Positions 58,679 to 64,000 of a DNA stretch of 64,000 nucleotides are shown here, one piece after another. Below the pieces are notes generated by a model that worked only from the letters and a program-made list of their open reading frames with translations, was not told the origin of the DNA and ran no database searches. The stretch comes from an uncultured Nitrososphaerales archaeon (GTDB taxonomy: Archaea > Thermoproteota > Nitrososphaeria > Nitrososphaerales > Nitrososphaeraceae): the NCBI GenBank assembly GCA_963713605.1, contig CAVQMO010000010.1, positions 32,001 through 96,000 of the forward strand. Direction: 5' to 3'. The translations under genes were made by a program, and so were the position numbers. Numbering within the stretch: position 1 is the stretch's first letter; every line of letters begins with the position of its first letter.

Positions 58679-60226
58679 TTAGGGTGGTGCTGAAGTTCGG
58701 TCCGCAACACTCTTGGCAATTGCAATAGTGGCTTTATTACCCGTAAGTATTCTAGTCGAACTAGTAATTCTATTGTATAACTCAATATGATTTCTTGCAA
58801 CTATATTCCATTTCAGGTATTTCCTGAAATCTTCAACAGCTTTTTCGTATTTATCATAATTTCTATCCAGCTCCGAAAGTGCCTCAGAAAATGCATTTGG
58901 CGTTCTTTTTGCAGCTATCCCCAGACCTTTTGATGCAAATTCTTTAAAGAAGGGCAAGTCCGAAGCAATGAATGGAATTCCATGTCCTAGGGCATCGAAC
59001 ATGACACCTGACCCAGAGGTTATCTTATAAGGAAGGAGAACTACATCTGACGCATAAAATAGTGCTGAAAGATTTTCTTCTGAGAGATAGTCCTGATTCA
59101 GATTTATTATATTCCCAAGATTGTCTAATCGAATCCTTTCACCAGTAGTATGATTTACTGACGAATTGATTACAATTGTCCAATTATCTGGTATCCTCAT
59201 TTTTCTTAGAATATCCCATCCTTTAGCGATAGACATAAATCCGAATGCTATGGCTATTCTATGGCTATTCTTTTGTGGAAGAGATGGGAACCTAGTTTTT
59301 GCGTCTTTCTTACTAATTCCCTCAATAGAAGTTACAGGTTCAGCACCGTGATATAATAGCCTCATTTTACTGTCGTATCCCTTATTACTTTTCATCGCAT
59401 CAATGATTGTCCGCATATACTCAGAAAACACTATACCTGTGCTGCTATTTAGCAACTTTTTCTTATTTTGATTTTGAAAAGCTTCATAATTGATAAGGTA
59501 TTTCCAGTATATGCTTATATCGTCCAACATATTCCTTAAGCCTGGTAATAGTTTGTAATTCTTGTTATCCATATTCTTTTCTGGGGTCAATAGGCTTTCT
59601 TTCTTCTTGTTTATCTTTATTTCAGGTATTCTCATCCATTGTCTAAAGACATATCCCGAATGAAATGTAGTGACTATCGGGACTTTGCTGTTGGTATAAA
59701 ATGAGTCAATCGTAGTATGAATTTTGGATGGTCTGTATGAATGCAGCTTTAGACCATATAACCCTGGCTCATATTGTATGTGTACAATATCAGGTTTAAT
59801 CTTATCAACCAAACGTAATATAATTTCGGAGTTATGTATATTGTTAGGTGAGAGTCCGACAAAATCTCCGTTCCCTCGGTTATCACATGCTACATAGACC
59901 TCTATACCCTGTCTCCTAAGTTCCTGTACGAGATTGTATGTATATCGACCAACGCCTCCATTGATTGGTGGATATTCCGGTGAAACCATTAGAACGCGAA
60001 GTTTGTCAAATGAGGATGCTGATGAAGTTAGTCTCAAAATATCTTTGTCATTTGTCGTATCCGTTTTCTTTGAGTTAATGTAGTAGTCCTTTCCTGTACT
60101 CACATTCCCCACATCTCTGTGTGCATCTACATAATATACAGAATGATATTTATCCGTTACCCACCGTCTGTGAGTATTTGAATAGGATATCAATGATTTT
60201 TTTGTCTTCCCGTTGCTGACAAACAC
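58679..60226 (-). CDS. GT4 family glycosyltransferase (true start may be further in)
   Basis: VLMVSPEYPPINGGVGRYT, PDIVHIQYE, SDVVLLPY...DALGHGIPFIASD. Confidence 0.88.
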   Translation of the reverse strand: MFVSNGKTKKSLISYSNTHRRWVTDKYHSVYYVDAHRDVGNVSTGKDYYINSKKTDTTNDKDILRLTSSASSFDKLRVLMVSPEYPPINGGVGRYTYNLVQELRRQGIEVYVACDNRGNGDFVGLSPNNIHNSEIILRLVDKIKPDIVHIQYEPGLYGLKLHSYRPSKIHTTIDSFYTNSKVPIVTTFHSGYVFRQWMRIPEIKINKKKESLLTPEKNMDNKNYKLLPGLRNMLDDISIYWKYLINYEAFQNQNKKKLLNSSTGIVFSEYMRTIIDAMKSNKGYDSKMRLLYHGAEPVTSIEGISKKDAKTRFPSLPQKNSHRIAIAFGFMSIAKGWDILRKMRIPDNWTIVINSSVNHTTGERIRLDNLGNIINLNQDYLSEENLSALFYASDVVLLPYKITSGSGVMFDALGHGIPFIASDLPFFKEFASKGLGIAAKRTPNAFSEALSELDRNYDKYEKAVEDFRKYLKWNIVARNHIELYNRITSSTRILTGNKATIAIAKSVADRTSAPP

Positions 60227-60494
60227 TTAAGGTGAGTAACAAATAAATATCTGGGTAGTATAATATGAAAACAGGTGATATCATAGTGGAGAGATCCCAT
60301 GGAGATATACATCAAGAATTTTTGAAGATGCTGACAGTTCCGAGAATCATTCTCGTTTAGAGCTGTTCAACAAAGTATTTAACCTGATTAGATGTTGTTT
60401 TCATCCATTAGTATCAGAGAAGTTGTTATATTTATTTGGCATGAAATTAGATTACAATTACAATGGCTAAATAGTATGTAACATTAGAAAACGG

Positions 60495-61064
60495 TTGATG
60501 AGAAATACCATCCAGATAGTGTTATGGATATCTGTTTCCCTAGGCCTGTCTTTTGTAATTATGTCATACACTAGTAATGGAATTGACTTTTCTAGGGCAC
60601 AAAATGAAACTCAAAACCAAACACAGACACAAGATCAATCTAATATATCACAATCAAAATTTCTCAAGAACAGTACTTCATTTGGAAATGCAACAGCTGA
60701 TCTCAAGGTAAAACATGCACCTGAGTTTTCGACCCTTACAATCCAACCTTGGCCAATGGTGGAACCCAATGAGAAATTTAATATTACAGGTATTTTGGTT
60801 GATAAAATAACTCTCCAACCAGTACCCAGTTCATCTGTGTCTTTCTTATATGAATCTGCTTCTGAAGAAATACCACCTTTCTCATTAGAACCAATAGATA
60901 ACCAAAATACTGATGCTACTGGAAAGTTTAGTACTACGGCAAATGCGCCCAGTATGGAGGGTATAACATCTGTTACTGCGGTGTTCAATGGAAGTGGTCT
61001 ATATCATTCGGCAGCATCGAATCCAGCCTTAGTGATAGTATCTAATTCAACGCTTCCACCATAG
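60495..61064 (+). CDS. secreted Ig-like domain protein
   Basis: Signal peptide; NITGILVD...TDATGKFS...VTAVFNGSGLY. Confidence 0.7.
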   Translation: MMRNTIQIVLWISVSLGLSFVIMSYTSNGIDFSRAQNETQNQTQTQDQSNISQSKFLKNSTSFGNATADLKVKHAPEFSTLTIQPWPMVEPNEKFNITGILVDKITLQPVPSSSVSFLYESASEEIPPFSLEPIDNQNTDATGKFSTTANAPSMEGITSVTAVFNGSGLYHSAASNPALVIVSNSTLPP

Positions 61065-61407
61065 CTATAACTAGTGTGGATATTGGCTAATTGTGGATAT
61101 GACAAGATCATACTTCATTTCTTTACTCGTTCTGTTTACCTTCTCTATTGCTGATTGGAACGATGAGTCCCTTGTTCTATACTTGGATCGGACGGCCGTA
61201 AATCGTCTAGCATTTCTACGAATAACTGCAGATAACTAAGACATTATTTATATAACGTACCTCTATAGTTTTGAAAGAATCTTTCACTGCACTTGTGGCA
61301 TCAACTGAAAGGACAATCATTCGGGCCATGATAATATATGTTTACATGACTGACAAATCTTATACTTTTAAATTTTTTGATGTCCCACCTATTACCGGGC
61401 GACTCAT

Positions 61408-61656
61408 ATGATAACGACCGATAGAGAAAGAAGGCTAAGAAATCTTAGTGATGCAATAGGCAGTTGGCTAGAAAAAGAGGTTGAACAAAACAAAGCAGGC
61501 CTAAGCGATTCACTAAGTCAGAATTTTGCGAGGGAAATAACCTTGGCTGATACATGTATCTATCGTGGTGACTTTGACGGGGCATTATACCACGGTCTGT
61601 TGGCAGATCTTATACATGATACTCTGAAGGATTTGGAGGAAAAAGGACACCATTGA
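61408..61656 (+). CDS. hypothetical helical protein
   Basis: Clean 82-aa ORF. Confidence 0.45.
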   Translation: MITTDRERRLRNLSDAIGSWLEKEVEQNKAGLSDSLSQNFAREITLADTCIYRGDFDGALYHGLLADLIHDTLKDLEEKGHH

Positions 61657-61729
61657 AAGACTGACAAGACTTCAGCAACAATTCCAAATATGTAATATGC
61701 AAGTCTTAAATAGGCGAGATAAAGAGCAG

Positions 61730-62180
61730 CTAAGCTGTTGAGTCTCCACGGACTTTTACCTTTTCACTTCTTACTTCATCAGTGACTTGCCTAGTCTCTG
61801 TTACCGGTTTTTTCTTTACCGATACCTCTTCCTTTACGTACGGTTCCTTTGTTACTTTGACATGCTCATCTTTTAGTGGTATTCTAATCTCTTCCTCTGA
61901 AGTCACTGGTTCATCACTTGGTGTTTGTTGTTGGGGGCTATCTCCGGTTACATCATGCTTCTCGACCACCAACTCTTCATGAGTCACCGGTACTTCAACA
62001 GTTTTCGTTTCGGTGACTGGTTACTTTACTATTTTTGCTTCTCTTTCTGTTTCTGTTTTAGAGACATCTAACCTCTCACCCATGACTGGGATCCTTGTCT
62101 CGATGTCTGATGGTAATGCATCTTTGAGTGGGTTTTCATCTCTGTAATTGGTTCTGTATTCCTCGTCTACTGTCTTTTTG
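61730..62180 (-). pseudogene. YsnF/AvaK (DUF2382) domain protein, 5'-truncated
   Basis: IPVMGERLDVSK, VEVPVTHEELVVE, VTKEPYVKEEVSVKKKPVTETRQVTDEVRSEKV. Confidence 0.75.
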
Positions 62181-62216
62181 ATTGATGGAAAATGGACTTC
62201 TTATCGATTGTTGCTT

Positions 62217-62414
62217 CTATAAAGCTTCTTTCATTTTATTATATACAGTCTTTGTACTTTTCTTTACGTTCTGTACGCCTGTATCGTGTTCGGCTAATTC
62301 TGTATTTTCTTTAATCTCATGTCCAATATACTCTGCAGCTTTCTTTATCTCATGCCCAACATGTTCTGAATCTTTCTTTAGCTTAGCCATTTCTTTCCAA
62401 CCAATCTTATTCAT
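62217..62414 (-). CDS. small LEA-like hydrophilic protein with 11-mer repeats
   Basis: EHVGHEIKKAA-EYIGHEIKENT. Confidence 0.5.
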   Translation of the reverse strand: MNKIGWKEMAKLKKDSEHVGHEIKKAAEYIGHEIKENTELAEHDTGVQNVKKSTKTVYNKMKEAL

Positions 62415-62496
62415 CTTATTATAAATGGCTTATAGCGGTAAGATAGACTCTACATTCGCTGGAGACAATTATATAATATGTAGATAGAGTACTACC

Positions 62497-63133
62497 ATGT
62501 CAAAGAGAGAACAAGAGAAAGCTATTGATGACACCAAGAAAGTCGCCGAACAAGCCAAGAGTGTAGAAGACAAAATAGAAGCAGCTGAAACTCTGCAAGA
62601 AGTTGGTCAGCAAGCGGCAGCACAAGAAATCCAACAAATATATCGTAGATCATTAGATGAAACAAAAGAGAATGTAAGAAAATCAATCGATGAAGCGAGA
62701 ACTCAAATTCCAAAATATACTAATGTTGTCAAGAATTATCAAGAACAAGCATTAGAATCATCCGGAAAAATGGTAGAAGATTACATAAATACTCAAAAGT
62801 CCGTAATGGATTCCGTCTTTAGCTCTGTAGCCCCATACTACGAGAACACTTATCGAATGTACAGCTATTGGTTTTCTCCGAGGGTCCCAGCGGAGTTGTG
62901 GACCAGATTCTGTCAGCAACAGTGTTGAGAACATTTCATCAACAGCAAGATTAAATAATGAAATCTTATTCGGAATAGTTGATGCTTGGAGAAATGCGTT
63001 CGAACGAGCACAACAACATACACAAGAGCTTGCGAGAATCAATACAAACACGGCAAGAGCATTTGAAAATACAGCAAGAGAAACAGCTGCAGTGTTTTCA
63101 GTTAGTAATAGACAACGAGAAGTTTATAGATAG
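62497..63133 (+). CDS. amphipathic helical (phasin/LEA-like) protein (one frameshift near 62910)
   Basis: RSLDETKENVRKSIDEARTQIPKY...YQEQ...; continues as ELARINTNTARAFENTA. Confidence 0.65.
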
Positions 63134-63273
63134 AAATCACGCTAGTCAGTTAATGACTACGCTGACTAATTATTTATTATTTTAATCATATTGCAACTTT
63201 TTGCAATGATTATATACTTTTATGAATATGTGATTACAGTTGTATAAGGGATGCTATAATTGCTGTTACACCC

Positions 63274-63461
63274 CAGAATCAATCTTAATCTTTATGTTTT
63301 TATCCCCAGATTTAGTTTTTTAAAATATCTGCGATACCATCTCCCGACTTACCTGTCCCAATTATATCTACTGTATATTCTTTGGCTACTTCTACAGGTT
63401 TCGAGAAACTATTGCTAGTTGGTGTTCCAGAATTTCCAGTACTCTGCTCGTCACCACTCAT
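63274..63461 (-). pseudogene. second TRAM gene copy with internal deletion and lost 3' end
   Basis: Inverted copy of 35112-35318. Confidence 0.85.
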
Positions 63462-63609
63462 TGAAATCTAATAGAAGATTGTGTATCATGATATATAACT
63501 AATGTATTGGTCTTGGTGCTTTGCAGTATTCTACACTAGATTTACAGGTCTCATTAGGTACTAGTATGAGAATAGTTGTTAGATATCTGTTGATATAATG
63601 ATTATATAC
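63330..63609 (-). repeat. right copy of the 280-bp inverted repeat (partner 34964-35243)
   Basis: Direct sequence comparison. Confidence 0.9.
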
Positions 63610-64000
63610 TTTCATGGACATATTTTATGACAGCTGAACTAATTAGCTAGAGTGGCAATTATTTAATCCCCGGTCGCTTATAATTTGAATTGTGTAATAT
63701 CGTATGATATTTAGTCATAGAAAAAATTATCAGACAATGATGCAAGCCTATTTTGTGTCGTTGCAGCCGCCCCATCAACCGATCTTAATGTACAAGTCAA
63801 TACTTTTTTTTGCATCATATATTATATAATATTGAATAAAACTAGCTAAGAATGACCGGGTTAAAGAAAGGTGCTCTTATCTTATCGTTCTGTAATCTGC
63901 CTAAATTGTTTACCATAGGTACGCAGAATCTGGGAAACAGTTAGCTCTTGTGCTAACAGTTGCTGCTGCTGACTCATACTGTACCAGTATCATAATCAAC

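Overview
AT-rich archaeal DNA, most consistent with a soil ammonia-oxidiser (Nitrososphaeraceae-like), inferred from the thermosome, TFB, TRAM, wHTH and PRC-barrel genes and small secreted-protein families. Single-base indels break many genes, including the thermosome and nuoB, so most 'split' ORFs are probably long-read errors and are reported as joined genes. Layout: (1) 1-9 kb, mixed accessory genes including an orphan nuoB. (2) 9-18.5 kb, a stand-alone HNH-type ORF, parB followed by a 16-bp palindrome, and a tight four-gene operon of unknown function. The operon encodes a giant protein alternating acidic and cationic-amphipathic blocks with an SPEA(Y/SQ) tandem repeat, an HExxH metallopeptidase-like protein and two helical proteins; it is the best candidate for an undescribed system. 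(3) An M20 peptidase, a Cys-rich fragment and a poly-gamma-glutamate hydrolase. (4) About 22-35 kb, a decayed integrative element (terminase remnants, tyrosine integrase, RHH, primase-polymerase/ATPase) carrying a PQQ sugar dehydrogenase. (5) 35-63.6 kb, a segment bounded by a 280-bp inverted duplication of a TRAM gene, with TFB, duplicated small genes, a Ku remnant, tandem Cys-rich secreted paralogs, a HiPIP-like protein, thermosome, class III cyclase, GT4 and stress-type proteins. No rRNA, tRNA or CRISPR array was recognised.
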